DNA from: Rhina ancylostomus
Taxonomy: Eukaryota
DNA length: 64,000 nt
Assembly (NCBI GenBank): GCA_030265395.1
Contig: JARFYF010000002.1
Location: 51,963,238-52,027,237, forward strand
Direction of reading: 5' to 3'
A program made the translations under genes and the position numbers. How positions within the stretch are numbered: position 1 is the first letter of the stretch; every line of letters begins with the position of its first letter. The notes under the pieces were generated by a model. It was given only the letters and a program-made list of their open reading frames with translations, searched no databases and was not told the DNA's origin. Positions 41,526 through 54,659 of the stretch are shown piece after piece.

Positions 41526-44500
41526 GAAAGGACATTTGGTGGGCATGTGAGAAAGAATAAATTGTAGTGCTACAGGGGAATAAGTCAAAGAATGGGACTG
41601 ATGAGATTGCTTTGCTGGAGCTGACATTGAATCGATGGGCCAATTGGCTTCCTTCTGTGTTGTAGTAAGTATGTGATAGAAGTTTCATTCATAGATTGAT
41701 TTGACTAAGTCTCTCAGTTACAACTTGGGCTATAGTTGCAAGTTTTTCTGTTGCATTTTAACTTCAAAATTGCATCTCATAGCTTTGTTTTCAGAGGGAA
41801 AGTTGTCCTCTTTCTTTCATCTTCTTAATTTTTCCCTCATGTGACTAACCTAATTCTTAGATATGTCATTGCTGCCATTTGGGCAACTTACAGTGTTTGG
41901 CAACTCCTTTTTCTTTATTTTTTTCTTTATTGTGTGATGCAGTTGATTTAACTCCTGCCTTCGGCTGATGGGTGAAACTTTTATCCTCATGATACCATAC
42001 TATAGCTTGCCAAAACTCCTCTGATGCTTCATTTGCAGTTCATTTTGGAATGCTTTCTCTAATATTAGTGGTGGAAGTGCTGGGATGTTTAGTCACCTTA
42101 GCGATGGAAGTGTTGCTTTCGACTGTATCATCTAGCTCTGATCTTGCTGTGCGGTGCAGATATTTAGAGTTCAACTAGGATCAACTAACTGGATGCATAG
42201 TGAACTGTAGAACTTTATAGTTTACATAGCTGAACTATGTTGTGGATAAAATGCCTGAATCAATGGGGAGTTACCTTTTAGGTTTTTATAATGACCATTG
42301 GTTGTTGAAATGTTAGTAAGCCATTTGAGTGACTCACAGTTTTGAGCAAACTGAAGCACTTTCCAAAATATTATTCACTACCCAAATAGATAAATTACTA
42401 GGGAAAATGTACATAATTAGTGTAGTAAATTAAGGTGTAATTGTGATTAATTTCAGGTGCTGCATGATACAAGTTCTGTAAGTGGTTCCTGGTGCAGTCT
42501 TATTTTAGAAAATAATCCACATTTATGCCTGAATGTCTTGAATTCTCAAAAGGTTTAGTACTTTTAACATGTGTTTTAGAAAATTGGAAATTTATAGTAA
42601 CTGAGACAGCTTCTAAGGCCTGATCAATTTTGTTTTACGCAGAAGGTTCAGAATTGGTGATTTGTCTGTGGTAATGTTGATATAGTTAGTTATAGTGCAG
42701 AATTGGTTGTTAAAATGGGCTTTGCAGACCGTACATCTGAATTCATTTTACTTGGTATGGCAAACAGCTGTATTTCACTTCAGAGCAACTAATACATTAC
42801 CATATGGGTAAAGATTACAGTGTGATTCCAATTTCATGTTCAGCCTACTGCTTAGAATAAGTTGTCCAATGTGTTTCTGCTTTTAGGTTATATTTTAATG
42901 TCCGGAAGAAAGGAAATCAGGCAATTTCACATGGGAAGACTTTGATGTGCAAAGAAGTCAATTATCCAACTGCCAAATCTATTGTGGAACAGGGAAGTAA
43001 TTTATTAAGAGCCTTCAAGAGTATCTGCTGGACCAAATGATGCACCTGTGTCACTCAAAGAACAAAAGTGCAACTTCTTAAATTTAAAAATAAGTGGCTA
43101 ACATTCTTGAGTTAAGATTACTGAGAAAATTATTGTTTACTAAACAATGTTCAATACATTGTCACAGTTATTGGATTGAGGTTCATTTGTGCTCTTCCCT
43201 TGAGATCTTGGTGATAGAAATCAGACATTGATGCCCATTTTTTAATTTGCATTTTGCCCATTACATCACTCTGCCATGAGATTTAAATATATAATGCAAT
43301 ACATAAATAACACCACTGTTTGGAACAACCTAAGCTAAAGCCAATATATACTGTATAAGATGGACCCTAATAAATTCAGTATAGAATTCACAAGACACTT
43401 TATTCAGCAGTTGTGAGAATGTGGGATGTATCTCTGCATGAACTCCTCTCTCAAGCCAGTAGTTTTGTATAGTCTCCTGATAATAGAACCCATGCGTTCA
43501 GTTGGGTTGGATGATTTAGTGAGTTCTTCATTGGGGCTTTGGGTGTCTTTGAAAAAAAGAGTTAATTTCAAAGGGTATGAGAATAAAAATAATATTGTCT
43601 GGAGTTCTCTATGTTAAACTGCTTCTTAAAGAGGGTGTTGGCTAACTAATGAAGGAAGAGGAGTTAAAATTGATCACTAAACCAGAGACCTGCATTATCT
43701 GTTTATGCCTTTGAAACTTGGGGTTGTTTTTTCTCAGAATGATTCACTTCCAATAAAAAAAAGTATGAAGTGGGAACAGATCTCAAACTGGATGGGGACA
43801 AATGATAGAAAATTGGTGCTGTTTTGGGTAGAACATATCAGAAGGAACTGATTGTTGAATAGTTTGTACATGATGCTTGGCGTATGGTTACAAAAATATT
43901 CTTGAAGTTAAAAAGTTGGCTCTCATTTGAGCATGTGTTTAGAAAATAACTAGTTTGAGAAGATTATGACATAATGAGAAAAAGATCTTTTATATAAGAT
44001 ATCTGCAGTTAGTACAATAGATGTTGCCACTGTGCTTGAAGAGTTAACACATTTCAATTCCTTTTTGGGATAACCAATAAAACTAGATCCTGTTCCTTTA
44101 ATTAATTTCTCATTTATGTTAAAGGTGGAAGGATGTTGAGAATTATCTACAAATCTACATAATGAAAAAAAAGCAAAAATGCTTTCCATTTGTATGCCTC
44201 AGTTTTGAATTGAAAATGTTTGGTGGAGAGTTTTCCAGAACTCAACAAATAAACAACAGATGAGGGGATTTAATGTTAAAGACGCTGTCTGTGTACTTGG
44301 AGACACATTTATAGACTGTATTTTTCCAATTGCTGGAATAAATAAAGGAACCTTATGAAGATTTGCCAATGAATCTTTGATGGTTTGAAATTCTTACACT
44401 GCCTTGCTAATGGGTCTAAAATGTGTTTGTCACTGTGACATTCCATGCTGATCATAGGCAGACTTTTATAGTTTTAAAAAATCTGATTTCCTTTCATGTT

Positions 44501-46048
44501 GAGAGACAGTATCCCTTTTGTGCATGTACATATGTTAGGTTTTAAAACTATAGAAATGTTTTCTCTTTAATTCGTTTTTCAATTGAAGGAGTGACAGTGT
44601 CACATAGTTTAAATCTTTATTGTTAATTGTTATGTTAATGAATTATTGTTATTTATAAATTAAATTTTGGTGCAAGAACTTGCTTATCTGGGAAATGTCT
44701 TCTTTCCACTGTAATGTTTAAGCATATTACTAAAAATTCTGTAGAAGGGAAATAAGGAATTCTGATTCTCACTTGCAGTGGTAGGAGTGAAATGAACTAA
44801 ACAGTTGACTTAAAGGATTATTCTTAGATCAGGAATCCATAGAATAATTGATAGCAATGGCATGGTTGTTAGTGGATTAAACATTAGGTCAATGTGGCCT
44901 GACTTTGGTTCTTGATCCTGGCTTCTCTCTAAGTGCAATGTCATCATTTTTTTCAGATTCTATAATTGGGAAGTTTTGGATCAGTTGTCCCCATCCTATT
45001 TTGCTGAAGAGTATATCCTGGCTTCATGTACTATCTTTGGTACATGAAATCATTAAGAGAGGAACCAGTAATTTAAAAGAGAAACAAATATAAATACGAA
45101 TTCATCCCCATATTAGGATAGTTAAACAATAAGATGGCATGTTTATCGACTACAATGAAATTTTTGGAAGTGGGTGTATATTGTGCTGAAGCTACTATTG
45201 AACTTGCTTAGCCCTGTCAACAAGGATTGATTTCTGTGTATTGATCTTGAAATATTGTGTAATTAAAAGTAGTATCCTGCTAAAATGAGAATATGAAATT
45301 CATGCCTTCTTCTTTTACGAAAAAAATTGTGGTTTCTGATTATTCAGTACTGCCTCCAGTGTTCCTGCCTAGGGTCCCATGGTTATTGAAACTGGATGTT
45401 ACCCAAGTGATTTTGGGTGACTGCAAGCCAATTTGCTAGTATTTTTAAAAAATGATATAATGTGTTGGTAATTGAGGTGTGTACTATAATTGATTTTATT
45501 GTTCCTCACTTTTTATTGGTTCATAATGTGAGTACACATTAAATCTGCCTTAATTTCAGGTGCCAGACAAGTTTGCTTCTTTTCATTAATTTTTGCTCAC
45601 ATCCCTCAGAAATTTGAATTGTAGTATGTAAATGAGATGCATTCTTTGTTCACAGAATAGCAGAAGGATTACAGCACACAAGTGGGACATTTACACATTG
45701 ATTCCTTGCTGGCAGTATGTGAGACCAAATCTCTCTCTGCCCTCATCCCATATTCTTATGTTTTTTGCTATTCAGCTGTCTTTGAAGTGATGATTGAATT
45801 TGCCTCCATTGCCCACTTTGGCATTCAAGAACCAAACCACTCACTGTATCATTGAAAATCCTCATGTCATTTATGACTTTTTTGGCAGTCCTGTTAAGGA
45901 AATGAAAATGGGCATAGACCAAAGGGCCCCTAGAGCCAGCTATCTACTCAAGGTTATGGCTGTACTGATCTTTGCCCCAACTCTAATTTTCTGTCTGTTT
46001 CAATAGCTCTTGACTGTTTTCCAGAACAGAAATTTACCTCAGCCTTGA

Positions 46049-46340
46049 ATAAGATAAGATTTCTTTATTAGTCATATGTACATTAAAACACATAGTAAAA
46101 TGCATCTTTTGCATAGAGTGTTCTGGGGGCAGCCTGCAAGTGTCGCCATGCTTCCGGCACAAACATAGCATGCCCACAACTTCCTAACCCATACGTCTGG
46201 AATGTGGGAGGAAACTGGAGCACCTGGAGGAAACCCACACAGACACAGGGAGAACGTACAAACTCCTTACAGACAGCGGCCGGAATTGAACCTGTGTTGC
46301 TGGTTCTATAAAGCGTTATGCTAACCACTACACTACCGTG
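46049..46340 (-). mobile_element. tRNA-derived V-SINE (HE1-like), near full length
   Basis: Reverse complement of the 680-987 family, from the taaga tail to ctaaccactacactaccgtg. Confidence 0.9.
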
Positions 46341-46359
46341 AGACGAGTTAAAGCTTTAG

Positions 46360-46575
46360 AGACACAGGTGACTGCAGATGCTAGAATGTGAAGCAACACT
46401 CTGTTGGAGGGACTCAACGGGTCGAGCAGCAACTGTGGGGGGAGAAGGAAATGTCAATGCTTATGTGCCTGTCGACAATGTGCTCGACTGTTGACTGAAA
46501 CGTCGGCAATTCCTTTCCTCCCACAGATGCTGCTTGACCCACTGAGTTCCTCCAGCAGATTGTTTGTTGCTCTAA
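46360..46575. repeat. Inverted-repeat Penelope-terminus element
   Basis: 46393-46459 (ctgttggagggactcaacgggtcgagcagcaactgtggg) pairs imperfectly with 46500-46571 (cccacagatgctgcttgacccactgagttcctccagcag). Confidence 0.75.
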
Positions 46576-46879
46576 TTAAAGCTTGACTTTAGTTTCTTTA
46601 ACTAACACAAAAATTGCTCCAACATTAACCTCAGGGCTTAATTACCCTGCAGACATACTGGAAGTCATTTAAATCTTGGCGCAATGTCAAATCATTGCAT
46701 CTTATACAACATGGGATATAGTTCACTCCACTCAAGACAATGGAAAGGATGCTCAAGCAAACCATTTATTGCGTGGCCAATACCAAATTACACAAAGTGA
46801 CTGTACTTTGCTTAAATTAAATTGCAAAAAGAAAGGAAAATTTTGCTGGAAAAATTGGCTGCTGGATGTTCTGGGGTTT

Positions 46880-47176
46880 AGATGTTAAGAGGTGGGGGAG
46901 TGGCTTTGCTGATCAGGGACAGTGTCACAGTTGTAGAAAGGGAGGATGTCCTGGAGGGGTCGTCTGCTGAGTCAGTGTGGGTGGAAGTCAGAAACAGGAA
47001 GGGAATGATCACTCCATTGGGAATATTCTCTAGGTCCCCCAGTAGCAACAGAGACACTGAGGAACAGATCGGGAGGCAGATTTTGGTAAGGTGCAAAAAT
47101 AACAGGGTTGTTGTCATGGGTGATTTCAACTTCCCTAATATTGATTGGCACCTCCTTAGTGCAAAAGGTTTGGATG
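46880..47176 (+). mobile_element. CR1 LINE APE-endonuclease fragment
   Basis: RGGGVALLIRDSV...ESVWVEVRNRKG...VVVMGDFNFPNIDW; it ends at an N gap. Confidence 0.92.
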
Positions 47177-47276
47177 NNNNNNNNNNNNNNNNNNNNNNNN
47201 NNNNNNNNNNNNNNNNNNNNNNNNNNNNNNNNNNNNNNNNNNNNNNNNNNNNNNNNNNNNNNNNNNNNNNNNNNNN

Positions 47277-47385
47277 AAACCCACACAGACACAGGGAGAA
47301 CGTACAAACTCCTTACAGACAGTGGTGGGAAATGAACCCGGGTTGCTGGCACTGTAAAGCATTGTGCTAACCGCTACACTACCAT
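47277..47385 (-). mobile_element. V-SINE 5' part, truncated by the gap
   Basis: aaacccacacagacacagggagaacgtacaaactccttacagacag ... ctaaccgctacactacc. Confidence 0.85.
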
Positions 47386-47576
47386 GTATAACACTCCACT
47401 AAGCCAGTATTTTTTAAAGGTTTATCAGGACTTCTGTGCTCAAGCACTCAGTGCCTCTATTTATGAAGCCCAGGATCCTTTTTGCTAAATCTGCCCTTCC
47501 AGTTCTAACGATATATGGACATGTAGCCCCTCTTGGAAGCATAGACTATAGTTTATATTGCCATTGTGTTTTTCAG

Positions 47577-47686
47577 ATGAGTAATAATGCAGCCAGTCCC
47601 ATGTCAGCTGGAGGGAACGTGGCATCTAGCAGCGGGAAGGGATCAGCAAAGTCGATCAGCTTCGTTGCAGAACTTCAGACTATGAT
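47577..47686 (+). CDS. SUPT3H: SUPT3H (SAGA subunit Spt3 homolog) first coding exon
   Basis: MSNNAASPMSAGGNVASSSGKGSAKSISFVAELQTM-(M) resembles the vertebrate SUPT3H N-terminus (MNNTAASPMS...[21 protein letters not shown]). It has a phase-2 donor AT|gtatgt, candidate acceptors at 47501-47502 or 47575-47576, and lies antisense to RUNX2 as in other vertebrates. Confidence 0.92.
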
Positions 47687-49829
47687 GTATGTAAACAAAC
47701 CATGCAAAATATTTATTATGATATTCAACCTAAATATAACTTATTTGTAATGAGTTCACATGTTTAGCCACACAAAGGATTTGGTGTTTTGGTGTACAAC
47801 AAATAACGTTAGTTTTGAATTTGCCTATATGTGTTTTTGTTGCATTTTGTTAGTCACAAAGCAACACTTATGTATAATATTTGCACTTTGCATATTTGAT
47901 GAACAGTGTAAAACATTGCTATTTATCCATATAGAATAAATTGGCAAATGATAGATCAGAGTTTAAGTGCTTGCAAAATTCTTAGTGATATTCAGCCAAA
48001 TGCGATTAATTCGTCATGGTAAATTTCAGCCTTGTATATTTGTATTCAAAGTTATTTTTCTTTTTATCTTTGTATTTAGAAGCACAATGACTAGAATATT
48101 TTCCAATGAGACAGGTTATCCTTAAACAAACCTCTGATAGAGCATAACAGACTGAGGGAGTTTTTCATGAATGAGCTGAACTGGTGGGGGATTTTGCCAC
48201 CTGTTGACTTCTGTGTGAAGGGGTGAGCTGCAAAAAAAAGATAGGTGATTTGAAAACTTAGCTTTGTACTTGTGTGTTTAATGGAGGTAAAATGTAATAA
48301 AATAAAAGAAACATTTTGAACGGAAGAGGAAAACGGAATGTAAAAATCAAAAATTCCATATTCTGCACCTCATCCTTTATACATACTGAACCTTCCATAG
48401 TTTAAAGAAGAGATTAATTTAAAAAAAACCTTAAAATTAGCTGAAGATTACTCTTGTTTTAAAAAAAAGAAAAATTGAACAGTGATAGGAGGCACAGCAT
48501 TTTGACTTTCTTTTTCTCAGTTTTCATTATGTTTGAATGCCATCAGAATCTATATTTTGGACTGTGGCTCTTATTTGCCAAAGTCCTCTTTGTTTATCAA
48601 AGAATATTCTCAGTCTGAACATTGGCATTTTTCCTTTGATTATTCCATTGTTGTAATCTTACACAAGTGGATGACAAAGATAATTTTTGCTCCCTAATTT
48701 TGTTAAATCAGTTGTATTTTGCATTGATGAATCATTGACATTTTGGTTCATGATATTTGTGATCTAAATTGAAGGTTATTTTTTAAGGAAATTTGTAAGT
48801 ATCTAGTTAATGTTTTGAAAGTTTTTTTTGTAATTTTGAATTTGTTCGACCATGACAACAGGGACAAAGGACTGGCTTTATCATTTCACTGTGTCAGTGT
48901 AATAGACACTGGAAGCCAGAATTGGACCTCATTGATTGTACATCCGATAATGGTGAAGCCGATATTGTACTACACATAAAAAGAGACTCATAACAGGCAT
49001 GGAGGGATAAACCACCAAAATAAATCTCTGTAAAAAAAAAATGAAAGATCAAAGTTAGTTTTGGCAGCTCAGTACTGTATTTGGGCTGACAGGTTTGTCA
49101 GTGCATTAACAAAAATAATGGTTTCCTGTTCTATTTGGTTACAACGTCTGCCTGATTTCTCCTGCCTTCGTGGAGGTCTTTAATTGAGATCACTTGTACG
49201 CATGCATGACAGGAAAGAAAAAGGCTCATGGGAAGTTGAAATGGAACAAAAGTTCTTGTAATGGGGTAAAAACATTAACTGTTGTAAATTTGGATAAAAC
49301 CTGCAGATACTGGTACTTTTTTTCTGAATACTGCCATTTTCTTTTTAATTTCAAATTAAGGCTTCCTTAGATATCAGTTGCTAGCAGCAACAGCTTAGCA
49401 TTTTATTGTCTGCCACAGCCTATACATTTAAATCATTAAAGACATACAAATACATTTCCACCATGTAGCATTAAGAATTTCTTTTGAGAATTTGAAGCTT
49501 CATCTGTAGAATAAGCATTGGTGCACAAAAAAATGTTTGTTTTGGGTGAAAGCATGTGAATGTAGAGTTGGTTAAAAAACATTTCTATGTGTAAAGTTAT
49601 TGTAGTTTTTAACATACAGTGCTTTAATAAAATCAATACTCATTAAACTACATTGAGTAAAACTGGATATTGGGGCTTTCGTAATGCTGGACGCAGATTT
49701 TCCAGACCACTGGAAGCTATTCCACTTAATACTTCAACGTGCTTTTAATTTTCTTCTTAGTAGATTTGTGCTGTATCACTTTTTTCAGCAAATGATGTGT
49801 TTGAGGGGACATGGTTAATAGGGCCACAG

Positions 49830-50120
49830 TGAGATTAAAGGGAGTGTGGGAAGCTGAACATGGTACATTTCAAGAGAGCACGGTGAGTTCTGAGGGTCTT
49901 CAGGAAAACCTGCCTCAAGGGAGCACAGGAAATGGGGTGTAGATGCATTCAAAAGAGTGCAGGAACTGGGCCCTCATTGGGTTTAAAGGAGTTTGATGAC
50001 TGGAGCTCTGGTGCGTTCAAAGGAGTGCATTCTGCGGCCCTAAACGCTAAAGGGAGCATGGAACCTGGTGCTCTGGTGTGATAAGGAATTTACAGCAATC
50101 GGCACCCTTTGAGTTAAATA
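49830..50120. repeat. Degenerate minisatellite, about 33-34-bp unit, about 8 copies
   Basis: Units start ttaaagggag, ttcaagagag, ctcaagggag, ttcaaaagag, tttaaaggag, ttcaaaggag and ctaaagggag, each followed by ggaactggtgctctggtg-like text. Confidence 0.65.
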
Positions 50121-51499
50121 CCCAATCCACCTACGTTTCCATTCGGACAGTGTGTTGTCAGAAGATTTATTGCAATGCTATAATGTAATACATGAGAATG
50201 TAACACATCTCAGTTATCTTGCTCTGGTTTACTGTTGTTTGTTATAAGTTGGAAGTCTAACACTAGTTGAGTGGCACAGCATATTTCTGTACCAATGAGG
50301 CATTTCTTGAAGTGACTGGTTTTGACTTTGCGAAAGAAGCAGAAGATTGGAACAAACAGGGATGGAAGGCCATCCACCTCAGTCTTCCCTTCTGCAACTT
50401 GGATTTGCAGATTGAAGAACAACATTGGAGTCCATTGTTCAAACTTAAAAAGTTCTGCTGTAAACTTCTAATGCATTGGCGCCAGGTAAAGTTTAAAATC
50501 TTGATATCAGTAGTTTTCAGATTGATTTATTGATATTAATTAATCGTGTTTTAGCATTTACTCATCAATAGAACATAGAACAGCACTGGACAGGCCATAT
50601 ACCTATGATGTTGTGTTGATCTTGATACTAATTTACACTTATGTCATGTGTAAATTCATGTGTCCATCTAAAAGCCTCCTAAACGCCAACAAACTGTCTG
50701 CTTCCACTACTACCCTGGTAACCTATTCCAAGAACCTACCACTCTCTGTGTAAAAAAAAAACCCTCACATCACCTTTAAACGTGCTCCCCTCTAACCTTA
50801 AAAGTATGTCATGGCAATGAGATAATGAGGTAACAACATTTAATAGTAGTCCTCAGGTCTAAAATGTCAAGCAGGATAAATTATGGATAAGAAATGTAAA
50901 TACAAAATATTTTGCATTCTCTGGTCCAGGGGCCAAAATACCTAGGCCTGTAATGGACCACATGTTTGGGTTCCTACAATAGAATTCAGTCAGCAAATGA
51001 GATAAAAGAGCGCTGGAACTGGCATTCCATATCCACTTCAAAAATGTGTCTTTAAAAATAATTGCATTTGAAAATCATGTTTGATTTGAAATGATTACTA
51101 TTTCTTTTCGTTATATCAAAAATCTAGTCCAGAATTAACTATCAGGCTAAAATATCTGATGGCTAAAAGTGATCTCATAATCATCAACATGGGCAATGAA
51201 ATGAGAAATGAATGCTTTTTTCCTTTTGTTTGTCCATTAAATTTGACCATCTTTGGTGGCCACTTGTTACTTTAAGCTTGCCAATATCTTTCTCTTGAGC
51301 CTTATTGTACTGCTTTTCCTTGATTTAAGCTTGGATTAATGATTTGTTTGTTTTCTGACTTATTGTTCAGGTTGACAAAAGTTGCTAATAATAAATGTTT
51401 TGACCTAATCAGTCTTTATTCCTGATACATCTACCATCTTAAATTGATTCTGCTGTTACTACTCTTTCAGGAACCATCTTTACAGCACTGTTGACTTTC

Positions 51500-52323
51500 A
51501 ATTCCAGATAATTGAGGGTAGATGGGTTAAAGGTCTGGCAAATGTAGCGTAATATGGGAAAATGTGAAATGGCCCATTTTTGCTGAAATAATTGAAAGAA
51601 AAGCCTTGCATTTTAAAGGCTGAGAGGTTGCAGAGGTCTGAGTACAAAGGGATCTGAGTGCCCAAGGTCTTGATTTGCAAAAGGCTAGTTTGCAGGTAAA
51701 GCAAGTAATTGGGAAAGCTAACATAATGTTAGTTATTGGGGAACTGAAGACAAAAGTAGGGAGGCTATACTTCATTTGTAGTGTGGCATTAGTGAGATGT
51801 AGAAAACTATGTATGATATTGAACTCTATCCAAGGAAGAATGGTCATGAATTGAAAGCAGTTGAGAAAAGGTTTACCAGATTAACACATGAAATGCTAGG
51901 TTGTTTTATAATGGAAGGTTGCACAGGTGAGGCTATATCCACTACAGTTTAGAAGAGTGAGAGGGGACATAATTGAAACATACTAAGGCCTTGATGAGTC
52001 TTGATGTTGTGGATGTGAAGAGGATGTTGCTCTTGAGGGTGGTTCCAGAACCAGGGATTTGTTTTTTTTTATGGCAGAGATGAGGTGACTTTTTTCTTTT
52101 CACAGGCGGTTGTGAGTGTTTGGAACTCTATTCCTCAATGGGTGGTGGGAATGGAGTTTTTGATATTTTTAATTCAGAGCTAGAAAGATACATGATAAGC
52201 AAGAGGATGAAAAGTTTTCACTAGTAGACAGGAATATGGAATTGAGGTGGCAATCAAATCAGCCATAATTTTAAATAAATGACAGAGCAAGCCTGAGGGG
52301 CTGAATGACCTTCTGCTTCTAAT
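51500..52323 (+). mobile_element. Old CR1 LINE 3' portion
   Basis: aatatgggaaaatgtgaa; gagggatctgagtg; tttagaagagtgagaggggacataattgaaacata; tgagggctgaatgaccttctgcttcta. Confidence 0.75.
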
Positions 52324-53187
52324 NNNNNNNNNNGACCACATGCTGTGTTCCTAAAGATTCATCTTCAACATTTTTGTATCAATCTCTGTAAGCACTGTCA
52401 GCTTTCACAGGTATATTAACAATATTTAATTCTACCTTCCCATTGCTGTTTCACCATTTGCCAGCTATATGACCAATGATAAGGTTTACACTAATGAAAA
52501 CTTCTCTGGTTCAGGATTCACAAATTGAGATCATTTATTTGATTTGCTGTATTTTCTTCCTGTCCTCAATCTTGCGAATGTACTTAATATCGGCAAATGC
52601 AAAAAAATTAATGTGCTACTTCTCCTTGACTTAGGTTTCCTTACTAATGGTTTGTCATTATGTGAACTTCTGTTTTGTAAAATCTACCAACCAATATGTT
52701 AACTACCACTGCTCCTATGTTATTTCAGAAACTGACATTTTTTAAAAATAGTGATTTGAGGTATCTGGCAACCAATGGTCATTTATTATTCTTCCAGCTT
52801 TTCTGCACAAGCCCACCAAGTGAGCACTTTCCTTGGTAGAGATTGGCACTTCAGGAATTGATGATAATGAGTAAATTATTTGTTTATCTCAATTACTTGA
52901 TATTTGTTTCCCACTTTACAATATGCTACATAATAACTCTTCCAAATATTATATTGGACACGCTGATTGTACATTAGATGTACTTTAGGTTGCTAATGTT
53001 TAGTTTTTACTTTGAATTGCACCTGCACTTCAAATTGAATGCAGAAACTAAATTAATGGTAAAAATAAGAAAGATTATGTTGCAAGAGAGAAAAAGTGGC
53101 TAAGAAGTTTTAAAAAAAAGTTTTTAGAATTCCCAGCCTAAAAATGAAAGCTGAAGGGATGAGATTGCATATTGGTCATGGTTAATA

Positions 53188-53407
53188 CGGTGAAGTTCCT
53201 TTAATCCAGCAGGCTCAGGACTTGGTGATATTGGGCAGGCAGATTTTCCAAATTATTGCATGTTATTCACTATTAATATCCCAACATACTTTTAATTTGG
53301 TTTATGTTTAGAAAATACACAGTGGTGTTCAGTGAGTTTAAAGGGAGGGCAGGAAACATTACCGAGATTTATGAATAGTAGGATAGTGGATTATTGGAGT
53401 TTTATTG
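53188..53407. mobile_element. Decayed TA-flanked Tc1/mariner (Tigger-like) MITE
   Basis: ta|cggtgaagttcctttaatcc ... ggattattggagttttattg|ta form imperfect TIRs. Confidence 0.5.
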
Positions 53408-54189
53408 TATTTGTTAACAATAGTTGATTGATGGAAATTAGCATCTGCATTTGAAATTCTTAATGTAACTTGCTGTGGCAAGTTTATTTGTTAATTACTG
53501 TGCAAGTAAAGTAACTGTAAAACAAAATCAAAAGAGATCCTGCAGATGCTAGAATCTGAAGCAACACACACAAAGTACTGGAGGAACTTACTGGAGGAAC
53601 TGTAAAACAACTTACACATTCCAGTTATGAGATGGAGAGGTTGTGAGTTTCCATTTTTGCTAGGGATGGCAGATTTTGGACAGGAACTTTGAACTGATAT
53701 GTTCAGCTTGGCATTGCCTTGGTACTTGAGTAGAAGTAATAACAAGCTCTACTAGTCTCTGTTAATATGACAGCAAATTGTGGGCTATTGTTTTCAAATG
53801 CTTTTCAAGTTGATATTTTAGGAGGACGGTCACCTATTGCATTGTTAATATATGGTGTTTAGTAACACTACGCAGGTTCATTAAAGAACTTGAACCAAAA
53901 GTTATTTTTTTGTAAAAGCTGGAAGACCTTTAAACGTGTGTTTCAAAAATTGGATTAAGCTCAAAAATAGTGAGTTATTTGTTGCCACAAATTTTACTAG
54001 CTGATTAGTAGATGATGGTTGATGTTCTGTAAAAGGGTTTCCAAATTTGGATATTTTGCATCATATACAATTTTGCTAATATTTTAAATTAATTTGTCAT
54101 AATATTTGTGAATTGCTGCATGGAATTCATCTATTAATAAATTATTAATAAATGTTTAAAAAATTTAAACATGCAGCCTGATGGCATGA

Positions 54190-54565
54190 ATAGTAAATTC
54201 TCCCTCTTTAGGTAGTTCTGCCCCCCCCCCACCATACTGCTTTTCCTCTTCCCTTTCTTAGCCTTTATTTTCCTCTCTCTTCTTAGTTTTTACCCATTCC
54301 CCAGTGGATCTGTTCTCTCCTCCTCCACCACACCTGCCTATTGCTATCTCTTACCTGCATCTACCTATCACCACCCTGTGCCCACCCCGCCTCCCCTCTT
54401 TTATCCACCTATCACTGATCTGCTTTTCCCTCCTATATATTGGGCTTCCCCTTTTCCTATCTTCAGTCCTGAAGAAGGGTCCTGGCCCGAAACGTTGACC
54501 GCCTGCTTTTCTCCACGGATGCTGCCTGGCCTGCTGAGTTCCTCCAGCATCATCGTGTTTTTCAT
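54190..54565 (+). mobile_element. Young Penelope-like element terminal repeat
   Basis: A pyrimidine-rich tract followed by cagtcctgaagaagggtcctggcccgaaacgttgacc...gatgctgcctggcctgctgagttcctccagc. It stops abruptly at 54565. Confidence 0.75.
54464..54501 (+). ncRNA. Minimal type I hammerhead ribozyme motif (Penelope-associated)
   Basis: Stem I CAGUC/GACCG (one mismatch), core CUGAAGA plus an extra A, stem II GGGU-ccug-GCCC, GAAA, palindromic ACGU stem III, and a GUU cleavage triplet at 54494-54496. Confidence 0.65.
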
Positions 54566-54659
54566 GGTAACAATGGATAATCTACACTACATTTCATTTA
54601 ATGTTTTAAGGTGTGGTGCTCTAAACCATTCAAAACTCTAACCAAAACATTATGGAACT

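Noticed and set aside
49830-50120. CRISPR-like repeat/spacer appearance
   Set aside because: The context is a vertebrate intron, the repeats are not identical, the 'spacers' resemble each other, and no cas genes are present.
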